Shown: one piece after another, positions 55,631 to 64,000 of the stretch | Layout: every line of letters begins with the position of its first letter | Numbering within the stretch: position 1 is the stretch's first letter | NCBI GenBank assembly: GCA_963667465.2 | Contig: CAXXDN010000002.1 | Location: forward strand, 800,001-864,000 | Length of the DNA: 64,000 nucleotides | Direction: 5' to 3' | Origin: Dehalococcoidia bacterium | GTDB taxonomy: Bacteria > Chloroflexota > Dehalococcoidia > UBA2979 | The notes under the pieces: generated by a model | Database searches by the model: none | Told to the model about the DNA's origin: nothing | The model's input: the letters and a program-made list of their open reading frames with translations, nothing else | Made by a program: the position numbers and the translations under genes

Positions 55631-56815
55631 ATGGAGCGAGTGAGCGAACGATCTATCCGCGGTCAGGCCGCGGTCACCGGCTTCGCCGAGATCAAGCCCG
55701 AACGGCGCAAGCCGGGCCGCACCGCGGTCGGGCTGGCCGCCGAGCTGGCGAAGAACTGCGTCGAGGACGCTGGACTGACGAAGGACCAGGTCGACGGCCT
55801 GATCACCCACATCCCGTACTCCCACAACATCGAGTTCGCCGAGTACCTCGGCCTCAAGCCGGTCTGGTCGCACAGCGTCGACCAGATGGGCGGCTCCGGC
55901 GCGACGAGCCTGACGGTGGCGGCGGCGGCGGTGGCCACCGGCCTCGCCGACAACGTCCTCGTAATCGTCTGCTCCAGCCAGTGGGGCGGCTTCGGTGGCG
56001 GCACCGAGCCGTCGCCGGACGGCCACGGCGCCCAGTACGTGCGCGCCCACGGCCCGGGCCCAGGCGCGAACTACGAGTACGCGCAGATCGCGACCCGCTA
56101 CGAGCACCTCTACAACCTCAGCGACGAGGACCGCGTGAACATCGCGGTCCAGCAGCGAGAGAACGCACAGGCCAACCCGGACGCCGTCTTCTACGGCCAG
56201 CCCGCGACGGCCGACGACATCCTCAACTCGCGGATGGTCGCCGACCCGCTGCGGCTGCTCGAGTGCGTCATGCCCTGCATCGGCGGCGCGGCGGTCATCG
56301 TGAGCGCCGCCGACGCGACCGACTACTCGCCGAACTCGCCCGTCTACCTGCTGGGCGCCGGCTGCGCCACGGACCGAGGCGTGCCGGGGCTCTCCTACGC
56401 GCCGGACATGACGATCTCGCCGGTCAAGGTGTCGGCGGAGCGCGCCTTCGCGACCGCTGGCCTGACCCCGGCCGACATGGACATGGCCCAGATCTACGAC
56501 TGCTACACGATCGCGATCATCTGCGAGTTCGAGGACGCCGGCTTCGCTCCCAAGGGCGAGGGTGGCCAGTGGTTCGCCTCGCACGACGTGACGTACAAGG
56601 GCGAGTTCCCGGTGAACACGCACGGCGGCCAGCTCTCCTTCGGGCAGGCCGGCAGCGGCGGCGGCATGTCGCACGTCGTCGAGGGCGTGCGCCAGATGAT
56701 GGGCCGCGGCGAGGCCCGGCAGGCGCACAAGGACCTCAACTACGCGTTCATCAACAACAACGGCGGCGGCCTCAGCGTCGAGGCCTCGCTGGTCTTCGGA
56801 AAGGGCGTTGACTAG
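55631..56815 (+). CDS. SCP2/Ltp2-type thiolase-fold protein lacking the N-terminal catalytic Cys
   Basis: VDQMGGSGA at the CxS position, ADPLRLLEC, IYDCYT and NTHGGQLS. Confidence 0.88.
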   Translation: MERVSERSIRGQAAVTGFAEIKPERRKPGRTAVGLAAELAKNCVEDAGLTKDQVDGLITHIPYSHNIEFAEYLGLKPVWSHSVDQMGGSGATSLTVAAAAVATGLADNVLVIVCSSQWGGFGGGTEPSPDGHGAQYVRAHGPGPGANYEYAQIATRYEHLYNLSDEDRVNIAVQQRENAQANPDAVFYGQPATADDILNSRMVADPLRLLECVMPCIGGAAVIVSAADATDYSPNSPVYLLGAGCATDRGVPGLSYAPDMTISPVKVSAERAFATAGLTPADMDMAQIYDCYTIAIICEFEDAGFAPKGEGGQWFASHDVTYKGEFPVNTHGGQLSFGQAGSGGGMSHVVEGVRQMMGRGEARQAHKDLNYAFINNNGGGLSVEASLVFGKGVD

Positions 56816-56817
56816 TC

Positions 56818-57234
56818 ATGGCTGAGCAAGACGTTCCGCGCCCTGTCCCGTCCTCGAACGCGCTGACCGAGCCGTTCTGGGAGGCCACCAGGCAGCACAA
56901 GCTCGTGGTCCAGCACTGCACGGGCTGCGACAAGCTGGTCTGGTACCCGCGCGAGATCTGCCCGGGCTGCTGGACCATGGAGGGCATCGAGTGGCAGGAG
57001 CTGAGCGGTAAGGGCCGCCTGCACACCTACACCGTGATCCGCCAGGCCGCAGATCCCTGGTTCCAGCAGCGCGTCCCCTACGTCTACGGGGTCGTCGAGC
57101 TGGACGAGGGCCCGCGCATGATCTCGGGCATCCAGTGCGAGGTCGAAGACGCCGTCTGCGACATGCCCGTCGAGGCAGTGTTCGAGGACCTGAACGACGA
57201 CTGGACGATCGTCCAGTTCAAGCCGGCAAGCTAG
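56818..57234 (+). CDS. DUF35 Zn-ribbon/OB-fold acyl-CoA-binding protein
   Basis: PFWEA, CxxC..YPR..CxxC, SGKG.LHTYT and VELDEGPRM. Confidence 0.92.
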   Translation: MAEQDVPRPVPSSNALTEPFWEATRQHKLVVQHCTGCDKLVWYPREICPGCWTMEGIEWQELSGKGRLHTYTVIRQAADPWFQQRVPYVYGVVELDEGPRMISGIQCEVEDAVCDMPVEAVFEDLNDDWTIVQFKPAS

Positions 57235-57270
57235 CAGCGCGACGCCCTCGAGGCGTCCGCTCAAGCATCG

Positions 57271-57302
57271 CGAAGAGCCGTCCCGGCGGGGGCGGCTTTT
57301 CG
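57271..57302 (+). terminator. Rho-independent terminator
   Basis: GAAGAGCCGTCCC-GGC-GGGGGCGGCTTTTC hairpin with a U tract after the DUF35 gene. Confidence 0.7.
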
Positions 57303-57376
57303 TTGCCAGGCGTGCTCCGGTACGACATTCGTCTTGACAGGCTCGCACGCGGGTAGAGATCAGAGGGCGCGGCGGC

Positions 57377-57698
57377 GAGGAGATCCCGCTGGACCCCGTG
57401 GAGCTGTCTACCCCCGACTTCAAGCACGATCTACGGCTCCGCGAACCGCGACGAGCGTGAGTTCCCGGATCCGGACGACTTCATGCTCGACCATGAGCAC
57501 GGCTCACACCTCGCCTTCGGGCACGGCATCCACTACTGCCTCGGCGCGCCGCTCGCCGCGCCGAGCTGCGGGCCGCGCTCAACGGCCTGCTGGACCGCTA
57601 CGCAGCCATCGAGCGCGCCGGACCTGCCGAGCAGCATGCAGTCGCCGGGCTTCACCCTGCGCGGCTTCGGGCGGCTGCCCATCCGCTGCAGTCCGTAG
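57377..57698 (+). pseudogene. Cytochrome P450 remnant (internal deletion and frameshifts)
   Basis: [35 protein letters not shown] (heme Cys motif), then frameshifted ELRAAL.. and LRGF..LP. Confidence 0.85.
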
Positions 57699-58383
57699 CG
57701 CCGTCGAGGATTGTGCGGGCGCGGGCGAAGACCTCGTCGAACATCGGCTCCGTGAGGCGGCCGGTGAAGGTGTTCTGCTGGCTTGGGTGGTAAGAGCAGA
57801 GCAGCGTGCGCCCTCCGGAGAGCTCAAATTCTGCGCCGTGCCCGAAACGCGGCCGCGGGCGCAGGTCCTCGAGGACGGCAAGCCTGTTGAGCGCCCAGCC
57901 GCCGAGCGCGAGATAGACGCGCGCGCCATCGAGCAGCGCCAGCTCGCGCTCAAAGTACGGATGACAGCGGTCCCGCTCCTCGACGGTCGGGCGGTTGTCG
58001 GGTGGAGCGCAGCGCACGGTCGCCACGACGCGCGCGTCGAGCAGCTCGAGGCCGTCGTCGCGGCTCACGGCGTGGGGCTGGTTGGCGAACCCGGCGCGGT
58101 GCATCGCGCGGAAGAGCCAGTCGCCGGAGCGATCGCCGGTGAAGACGCGCCCCGTGCGATTCGCGCCGTGCGCGGCCGGCGCGAGGCCGACGACCACGAG
58201 GCGCGCCTCGGCAGCCCCGAAGCCGGGCACGGGCCTGCCCCAGTAGTCCTGGTCGCGGAAGGCCGCGCGCTTCTCGTGCGCCACCCGCTCGCGCCACTCG
58301 ACGAGGCGCGGGCAGGCGCGGCAGGCGACGATCTCATCCTCCAGCGCCGCCAGCGAAGCGACGTGCGGGTCGCAGTCACTCAC
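57652..58383 (-). CDS. Uracil-DNA glycosylase, family 5 (UdgB-like)
   Basis: [34 protein letters not shown] and YHPSQQN. Confidence 0.92.
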   Translation of the reverse strand: MSDCDPHVASLAALEDEIVACRACPRLVEWRERVAHEKRAAFRDQDYWGRPVPGFGAAEARLVVVGLAPAAHGANRTGRVFTGDRSGDWLFRAMHRAGFANQPHAVSRDDGLELLDARVVATVRCAPPDNRPTVEERDRCHPYFERELALLDGARVYLALGGWALNRLAVLEDLRPRPRFGHGAEFELSGGRTLLCSYHPSQQNTFTGRLTEPMFDEVFARARTILDGATDCSGWAAARSRAG

Positions 58384-58832
58384 GGCGTGGGGCCCTCGAC
58401 GCTCCAGCTGCTCGCGCGCAGCGGCGTGAGCGCGACCAGCGGGCGCCCATCCAGCGCCATCTCCCGGTACTGCGGGTACTTCTCGCGGAGCGCAGCGAGG
58501 GCTTCCGCGTACCCCTCGTCGCCCTCGTCCAGCACCGCGGCGCGGCAGCGCAGCATCGCCCAGGCGAGTTGCTCCCAGTCGTCGCTGTAGACGTCGCAGA
58601 GCAGCGTGGCCGCGCCGTGTTCCTCGATGTTGCGCAGGCGCTGCAGGCGCGCGGTGCGCTTTGGCTTCTCGTCGACCACCGAGTAGCAGCGCCCGCCAAG
58701 CAGCACGAAGCAGATCGGGACGATGTGCGGCGTACCCGCGGGGTCGACGGTGGCGAGGCGTGCGACGCGCTGCTCCTCGACGAACGCGCGCACGGCGGGC
58801 GAGAGTTGCAGCGGCTCAGGCAACGGGTCCAT
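58380..58832 (-). CDS. PPOX-class (F420-dependent-like) split-barrel oxidoreductase
   Basis: RVARLATV...G.PH.VP.CF, VDEKPK...L.RLRNI and D.YSDDW..L.W. Confidence 0.88.
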   Translation of the reverse strand: MDPLPEPLQLSPAVRAFVEEQRVARLATVDPAGTPHIVPICFVLLGGRCYSVVDEKPKRTARLQRLRNIEEHGAATLLCDVYSDDWEQLAWAMLRCRAAVLDEGDEGYAEALAALREKYPQYREMALDGRPLVALTPLRASSWSVEGPTP

Positions 58833-58865
58833 GGGCAGAACGTAACGGTGGAGGGATGACGCCCG

Positions 58866-60266
58866 CTACTCCGGGAGGATCTCGATCTGCGCCCGGTCGC
58901 CGACCACGGCGGCCCAGTTGACGGCGTCGTCGCTGTTGTCGAACCAGATGTCGCGCTGCTCGCCGTGGACGGCGCCGCCCGTGTCCTTGCAGGTGTACGT
59001 CAGGTCGAGTGGGTCGCCGATGATCCGGAAGCGTTGTCCGAAGTTTTCACGGGAGCAGGCGGCCGCGCCCTCGTGGACAGTCTCGCCGTTGGCCATTCGG
59101 CCGCAAAACCCGCCGCCGTCGCCGATGCCTGCCGCGATCTCCCCCTGGTTGCAGTAGAAGTACGTGATCCTCGCCTCGATGATCGCTCCCTCGGGTTCGG
59201 CGGTGGCAGTCGGCTCGGGCGTGGCAGTGGGCGTCGGTGTGGCGGTCGGCTGCGGCGTTGGTGTCGTCACCGCGCCGGCGCGCACCCAGACGATCGAGTC
59301 CTCCCGCAACTGACCGCGCGCGAGGGATTGCGCCCAGTCGGGGGCGCCCGGGCTGTAGATCAGCCACTCCTGCGACGGTACGTCCAGCATCGCGATCAGC
59401 TTCACCTCGAACGGTTGCGAGGCCGCGAGCACTTTCGGATCGTTCGTGCCCGACACGCCGATCGTGAACTTGCCCGCAGGCGGCGTGGGCAGCAGGTTCG
59501 CGACGCCTCGAGGGGCCTCGCCGGCGGGAGCGGCCGCCGGCTCGCCCAGGTCGCCGGGCTTGTCGCCCGTGCGTCGCAACAGCACGACGCTGTCCGGACC
59601 GAGGTCCGGCAGGCCGACCTCGTTCACGAAGTCGGGCGCGCCGACGAAGTACGAGTCGTAGTCCTGCGTGGCTACATCGAACATCCAGACGCTCTCGACA
59701 TCGAACGTTTGCGCGTCGATGAGTGTGGCGATGTCCGACGTGCCCGCGAGCCCCGGGGTCCAGCCGTCGGGGGGCGGGACGGCCAGGACGCCTGGCTCGC
59801 CCGGTGACGGCGTCGTGTCCGGTTCGTCCTCTTCGTCCGGTGGCGGCGTCGTGTCCGCTTCGTCCTCGTCGCTTGAGGCATCGGCGCAGGGATCGGCGTT
59901 ATCGTCGCTCGACCCGCCGAGGGGTTCGAGGTACTCGGCGGCCATCCAGCCGTTCAGGCCGTCGTGAGTGACGGCCTCCCAGCAATGCCCGTCTGCCAGG
60001 TGCTGCGCGCCGCGGGCGGTCACCACCGTGCCGTCGGCGACCTCGGCGAGGACGGCGGCGCTCCGCGACGGCATCGAGCGCATATTGAGACCGTCGCCGT
60101 CGGCGCTGACGACGGCCTGCTGGCCCTCGGCAAGCGGGCCAGCCGCGTGCGCGGGGTTCGCGCTGGTCGACGCGGACAGCAGGAAGGCGGCGACCAGCGC
60201 GAGGGGTACGAGGAGGCGCGAGAGGTAACGCGGTCGATGCGGGTGGACGCCCACGGCACCATCCAT
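58866..60266 (-). CDS. Secreted protein: SH3b + two unrecognised repeats + 3D/DPBB-like domain
   Basis: Signal peptide (AHA-A), GLNMRSMPS...GWMAAEYL, GAPD repeats and C-terminal DTGGAVHGEQRDIWF. Start uncertain. Confidence 0.8.
   Translation of the reverse strand: MDGAVGVHPHRPRYLSRLLVPLALVAAFLLSASTSANPAHAAGPLAEGQQAVVSADGDGLNMRSMPSRSAAVLAEVADGTVVTARGAQHLADGHCWEAVTHDGLNGWMAAEYLEPLGGSSDDNADPCADASSDEDEADTTPPPDEEDEPDTTPSPGEPGVLAVPPPDGWTPGLAGTSDIATLIDAQTFDVESVWMFDVATQDYDSYFVGAPDFVNEVGLPDLGPDSVVLLRRTGDKPGDLGEPAAAPAGEAPRGVANLLPTPPAGKFTIGVSGTNDPKVLAASQPFEVKLIAMLDVPSQEWLIYSPGAPDWAQSLARGQLREDSIVWVRAGAVTTPTPQPTATPTPTATPEPTATAEPEGAIIEARITYFYCNQGEIAAGIGDGGGFCGRMANGETVHEGAAACSRENFGQRFRIIGDPLDLTYTCKDTGGAVHGEQRDIWFDNSDDAVNWAAVVGDRAQIEILPE
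59801..59872. repeat. Two near-identical 36-bp tandem units encoding an acidic/Pro linker
   Basis: CCGGTGACGGCGTCGTGTCCGGTTCGTCCTCTTCGT / CCGGTGGCGGCGTCGTGTCCGCTTCGTCCTCGTCGC. Confidence 0.8.
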
Positions 60267-60405
60267 CGCCGTGCGAACCCGCCCCCCTGCCGGCACGCAC
60301 GCTGCTCTGCCATATATGTTCTATCGCATACGCGTTATGCGCGAGGGTGCGCGGCGTCCGGCCCTCGCTGGCGACGAGGCGGCGCAGCGGCGAGAATGGC
60401 GCGCG

Positions 60406-61686
60406 ATGGCAACAGGGCCCTTCGACGGCATCCGCGTGCTCGAGTTCTGCCAGATCGTGGCCGGTCCGGTGATCGGCCAGTTCCTCGCCGACCTCGGCGC
60501 GGACGTCGTCAAGATCGAGTCGCTCGAGGGCGATCCGTTCCGCCGTACCGGTAGCGTGGCGCCGGGAACCAGCAAGGGCTTCCAGTGGTACAACCGCGGC
60601 AAGCGCAGCCTGATGCTCAAGCTCAGCGATCCGCGCGCCCAGGAGATCGTGCACCGCATGGTCCCCTCGTTCGACGTGGTCGTCGCGAATCCGCGGCCGG
60701 GTGTCCTCGAACGACAGCGGATCGACTACGAGACGCTCTCGGCGCTCCGTCCGGATCTGATCTACGCGCGCGTCACGGGCTTCGGGCCGGAGGGGCCGCT
60801 GGCCGATCAGGCCGCCTCGGACATCGTCGGCCAAGCCTACTCCGGGATGCTGGCCGACGAGGGCGCCGTGGACGAGTGGGGCGCGCCGCGGCGGATCCGA
60901 TCGCTGCCGATCTCCGACCTGATGGCGGGGCTCTCGGCGACGGTCGGCGTGGCGTCGGCGCTCTACCACCGCGCTCAGACCGGTGAGGGCCAGCTGATCG
61001 ACGCCTCGCTGCTACGCGGGGCGATGGCCGGCATCGGGCGTGCCGTGACGCAGGAGCCCGTCACCGACGCCGTGATCACCGGGCCGGCGCTGCAGCGGGT
61101 GCGCGACGCCCTCGAGGCCGGCGCAAGCTACGCCGAGGCGATCGAGGGCTACGGCCAGGGAGGCCTCGCGCCCACCGGCGTCGTCCGCCGCATCTATCAC
61201 ACCGCCTACGAGACCAGCGACGGCGCGATCGTCGTCGGTGCGCTGACGCGGGCCAACCGCGAGGCGATCCGCGAGGCGATCGGCTTCGAGTACGAGGGCG
61301 GCGACGAGCCCGACTTCGACCCCCTCGACGAAGAGACGCGCGAGCGCATGCTCGAGTTCAAGCGGCAGGTCGCCGAGATCGTACGCACACGCACGACGGC
61401 CGAGTGGGTCGAGGCGCTGCGCCGCACCGGCGCTCCCGCCGCGCCGCTGCGCTTCCCCGAGGATCTCGCCGACGATGTGCAGACCTCGGACTGGTTCGTG
61501 GAGCTCGACGATCCGCTGAGCGGGCCGCAGCGTCAGCTCGCCTCCTGGATCGAGATGTCGAAGACGCCGGCCCGCGCGCAGGGCCCCGCGCCCGCCCCCG
61601 GCGGTCACAGCGCCGAGCTGCTGCGCGAGTTCGGCTACGGCGACGGGGAGATTGCGGCGCTGCGCGATGACGGCGTGGTGAACTAG
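60406..61686 (+). CDS. Family III (CaiB/BaiF) CoA-transferase
   Basis: GIRVLEF, LADLGADVVKIE, NRGKRS and PISDLMAG (catalytic Asp). Confidence 0.92.
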   Translation: MATGPFDGIRVLEFCQIVAGPVIGQFLADLGADVVKIESLEGDPFRRTGSVAPGTSKGFQWYNRGKRSLMLKLSDPRAQEIVHRMVPSFDVVVANPRPGVLERQRIDYETLSALRPDLIYARVTGFGPEGPLADQAASDIVGQAYSGMLADEGAVDEWGAPRRIRSLPISDLMAGLSATVGVASALYHRAQTGEGQLIDASLLRGAMAGIGRAVTQEPVTDAVITGPALQRVRDALEAGASYAEAIEGYGQGGLAPTGVVRRIYHTAYETSDGAIVVGALTRANREAIREAIGFEYEGGDEPDFDPLDEETRERMLEFKRQVAEIVRTRTTAEWVEALRRTGAPAAPLRFPEDLADDVQTSDWFVELDDPLSGPQRQLASWIEMSKTPARAQGPAPAPGGHSAELLREFGYGDGEIAALRDDGVVN

Positions 61687-61734
61687 CGCATATCATCGTG
61701 CCGGCGCGCAACCACGCGCCAACGGAGACGTGCC

Positions 61735-62592
61735 ATGGAAGACTTCCGGGACCGCGTGGCCGTGATCACGGGCGGCGCCTCGGGCATCGGGCGCGCGCTT
61801 GGCCTCGCGCTTGCGGATGCCGGTGCGCACATCGTGGTCGCGGACATCGATGCCTCGCTCGCAGAGCAGACCGCCGGAGAGATCGCCGCGCGAGGCGTCC
61901 GCAGCCTCGCCGTCGAGGCCGACGTGGCCGAGCGGGACTCCGTCGAGGCGCTCGCGGAGCGAGCCTTCGAGGAGTTTGGCGCGGTCCACCTGCTGTTCAA
62001 CAACGCCGGCGTGGCGCTGCACGGCTCACTCGCGGAGATGAGCGAGCAGGACTGGCAATGGGTGCTCTCGGTCAACCTCTGGGGCCAGCTGCACGGCGTG
62101 GGTGTGTTCCTCCCGAGGATCCGCGAGCAGCTGGCGCGCGATGGCGGTGACGCGCACATCGTCAACACCGCCTCGCTGAACGGCGTTGTCGCGCGCGACA
62201 ACGCGCACGGCGTCTACACCGCGAGCAAGTACGCCGTCGTCGGATACAGCTTCGTGTTGCGCGAGGAGCTGGCCGCCGAAGGCATCGGCGTCTCGGTGCT
62301 CTGCCCGAGCATGATGGCGACCGGGCTGATGACGGCCGGGCGCAACCGGCAGCAGCGCTATGGCGGGCCGCTCACCCAGCCGCCGATGCCGATCCCGCCG
62401 CGGCGCGAGCCCGCCGACCCGGCAATCATGGCCCCGCGCATCCTCGACGGCGTGCGCGAGAACCGGCGCTTCATCTTCACCCACCCCGACACCCGCCCTG
62501 TCGTCGAGGAGTACCAGGCAGAGCTGATCGCCGACTACGACGCGCTCGACCGCGCTCTGGCGGCTGCCGGGGAAGGCGTGGCGGCATCGTGA
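61735..62592 (+). CDS. Short-chain dehydrogenase/reductase
   Basis: TGGASGIG, NNAGV and YTASK. Confidence 0.92.
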   Translation: MEDFRDRVAVITGGASGIGRALGLALADAGAHIVVADIDASLAEQTAGEIAARGVRSLAVEADVAERDSVEALAERAFEEFGAVHLLFNNAGVALHGSLAEMSEQDWQWVLSVNLWGQLHGVGVFLPRIREQLARDGGDAHIVNTASLNGVVARDNAHGVYTASKYAVVGYSFVLREELAAEGIGVSVLCPSMMATGLMTAGRNRQQRYGGPLTQPPMPIPPRREPADPAIMAPRILDGVRENRRFIFTHPDTRPVVEEYQAELIADYDALDRALAAAGEGVAAS

Positions 62593-64000
62593 CCAACGGG
62601 ATGGGCAATGGCGCCATGCGCGGCCCTTGCGACGACATCCGCGTGATCGATCTCAGCAGCGGCCCCGTCGGCGGCATCGCGACGATGATGCTCGCCGACT
62701 ACGGCGCCGACGTGATCAAGGTCGAGCGGCCGGGCGGCGATCCGTTCCGGCGGCTCACCGCCGCGCCGGTGTGGCTGCGCGGCAAGCGCTCGATCACGCT
62801 CGAGATCGGCGACGAGGTATCGCGCGAGCGCCTGCGCGGGCTGGCAGCGGGCGCGGACGTGGTGGTCGCCTCCTTCCGCCCCGGTCGCGCCGAGGCGCTG
62901 GGCGCGGACTACGCGACGCTCAGCGAGGGCAACCCGGGCCTCGTCTACTGCTCGATCACGGGCTTCGGTCCGCGCGGCCCCTACGCCGGCTACCCCGGCT
63001 ACGAGGGCGTGGTCGCGGCGAAGTCCGGGCGGATGCAGCACTTTGGCGGCGTGCCGAGACGTGAGGGTCCGGCCTTCGCCGCCGTGCAGACGGGGACGCA
63101 CGCGGCGGCGCAGTCCGCACTGACGGGCATCCTCGGGGCGCTGTTGGTACGCGACCAGAGCGGGTGCGGACAGCTGATCGAGACCAGCCTGTTGCAGGGC
63201 CTGATGGGCTACGACATGAACAGTCTGGTCCGTACGCAGCTCGAGCGGACCTTCCCGGCGCAGATGGAGGGCAACCAGCTCGGCGCCTACGGGGCTGCGC
63301 CGCCGATCTACTACCAGCCCGTGATGGCGAAAGACGGGACCTGGATCCAGCCGGCCAACCTCATCGACCACCTCTTCCACGCCTTCATCGCGACGATCGG
63401 CCTGGAGGACATCTACCTCGAGGAGCGCTTCCACGGCGCGCCGCGCCAGCTCGCCGAGGCGGATCGCGAGGAGCTGCGCGAGCGCATGCTGCTGCGAGTG
63501 CGGGAGCGCACGAGCGACGAGTGGATGGAGCTCTTCCGCAACGCCCAGAACGTCGCCGCCGAGCCGTTCGGCAAGACCCTTGGCGCGCTCTCGAACCCCG
63601 ACCTCGTCGCCAACGCCGAGGTCGTCGAGGTCGAACACCCGCGGCTCGGGCCCGTCCGTCAGCTCGGCCTCGTCGCTAACCTGACAGAGACGCCGGGAAC
63701 CGTCGGCGCCCCGGCGGCCGAGCCCGGCGCGCAGACCAGCGAGGTGCTCGCCGAGCCCGCGCGCGCCGCGTGGACCCCGCCCGAGGGAGCGCGCGCGAAG
63801 CCCGCGCACACCCTCGAGGGCGTCACTGTGCTCGAGTTCGCGACGGTGATCGCGGCGCCGCTCGGCGCCGCGCTGCTCGCCGACCTCGGGGCACGCGTGA
63901 TCAAGGTCGAGCCGATCGGCGGCGAACCGTTCCGGGGCAACACCCCCGGTCTGCCCGGTCACGTCGGCGTCGCGAAGACGACCGCCGGCAAGGAGGGGCT
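62589..64000 (+). CDS. Tandem two-domain family III CoA-transferase (partial; runs off the window end)
   Basis: Manual translation gives IRVIDLS..LADYGADVIKVE, RGKRS, FRPG and GYEG, then a second LEGVTVLEF..LADLGARVIKVEP. Confidence 0.88.
   Translation, partial: MTNGMGNGAMRGPCDDIRVIDLSSGPVGGIATMMLADYGADVIKVERPGGDPFRRLTAAPVWLRGKRSITLEIGDEVSRERLRGLAAGADVVVASFRPGRAEALGADYATLSEGNPGLVYCSITGFGPRGPYAGYPGYEGVVAAKSGRMQHFGGVPRREGPAFAAVQTGTHAAAQSALTGILGALLVRDQSGCGQLIETSLLQGLMGYDMNSLVRTQLERTFPAQMEGNQLGAYGAAPPIYYQPVMAKDGTWIQPANLIDHLFHAFIATIGLEDIYLEERFHGAPRQLAEADREELRERMLLRVRERTSDEWMELFRNAQNVAAEPFGKTLGALSNPDLVANAEVVEVEHPRLGPVRQLGLVANLTETPGTVGAPAAEPGAQTSEVLAEPARAAWTPPEGARAKPAHTLEGVTVLEFATVIAAPLGAALLADLGARVIKVEPIGGEPFRGNTPGLPGHVGVAKTTAGKEG

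Noticed and set aside
55490-56728. N-terminal extension of RarA to 865 aa (similar extensions on uvrB, rnj, modB, panB and the CoA-transferase)
   Set aside because: The extensions overlap real neighbouring genes, and family homology begins at the downstream starts.
59801-59872. 36-bp repeat resembling a CRISPR repeat length
   Set aside because: There are only two adjacent copies with no spacer, in frame within a protein linker, and no cas genes are present.
60267-60405. c-di-AMP (ydaO) riboswitch or LexA box upstream of the 3D-domain gene
   Set aside because: The riboswitch core motifs are absent, and GAACATAT is only a half-site without a matching GTTC/GTAC.
1-64000. tRNA, rRNA, CRISPR arrays, prophage genes
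   Set aside because: None recognised on either strand by eye.

Overview
High-GC bacterial chromosomal segment, most likely Chloroflexota (Dehalococcoidia/Tepidiformales/SAR202-like). That placement is an inference from the FtsK insertion, the yceD-rpmF-fabD-fabG-nusB-acpP order, a pan-like leader, and the many SDRs and CaiB CoA-transferases. Calx-beta and LRR surface proteins hint at a host-associated, possibly sponge, lifestyle. Most of the window is housekeeping: rnpB, modABC, yceD-rpmF-fabD-fabG-nusB-acpP, tatBC, two uracil-DNA glycosylases, rnj, ftsK, uvrB, polA, mutM, panDBC, yebC-ruvC-ruvA and rarA. Catabolic genes include three CoA-transferases, four SDRs besides FabG, and a Cys-less thiolase-fold protein with its DUF35 partner. 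Accessory material includes an IS110 relic, the 3' end of a group II intron not visible in the ORF track, an intact IS481 with a 6-bp target duplication, a HigBA-type toxin-antitoxin pair, and LRR and P450 pseudogenes. The most notable candidates are: (1) a RelE-like/SF1-helicase fusion that may be an anti-phage gene; (2) a pan-motif-like hairpin that hides the RBS of a 26-codon uORF coupled to panD; (3) a thioester-less alpha-2-macroglobulin with an unrecognised N-terminal tandem module; (4) an SH3/novel-repeat/3D-domain secreted protein; (5) two alpha/beta-hydrolases lacking the nucleophile; (6) a recurring leaderless-promoter architecture. All calls come from reading motifs by eye; no database searches were run.
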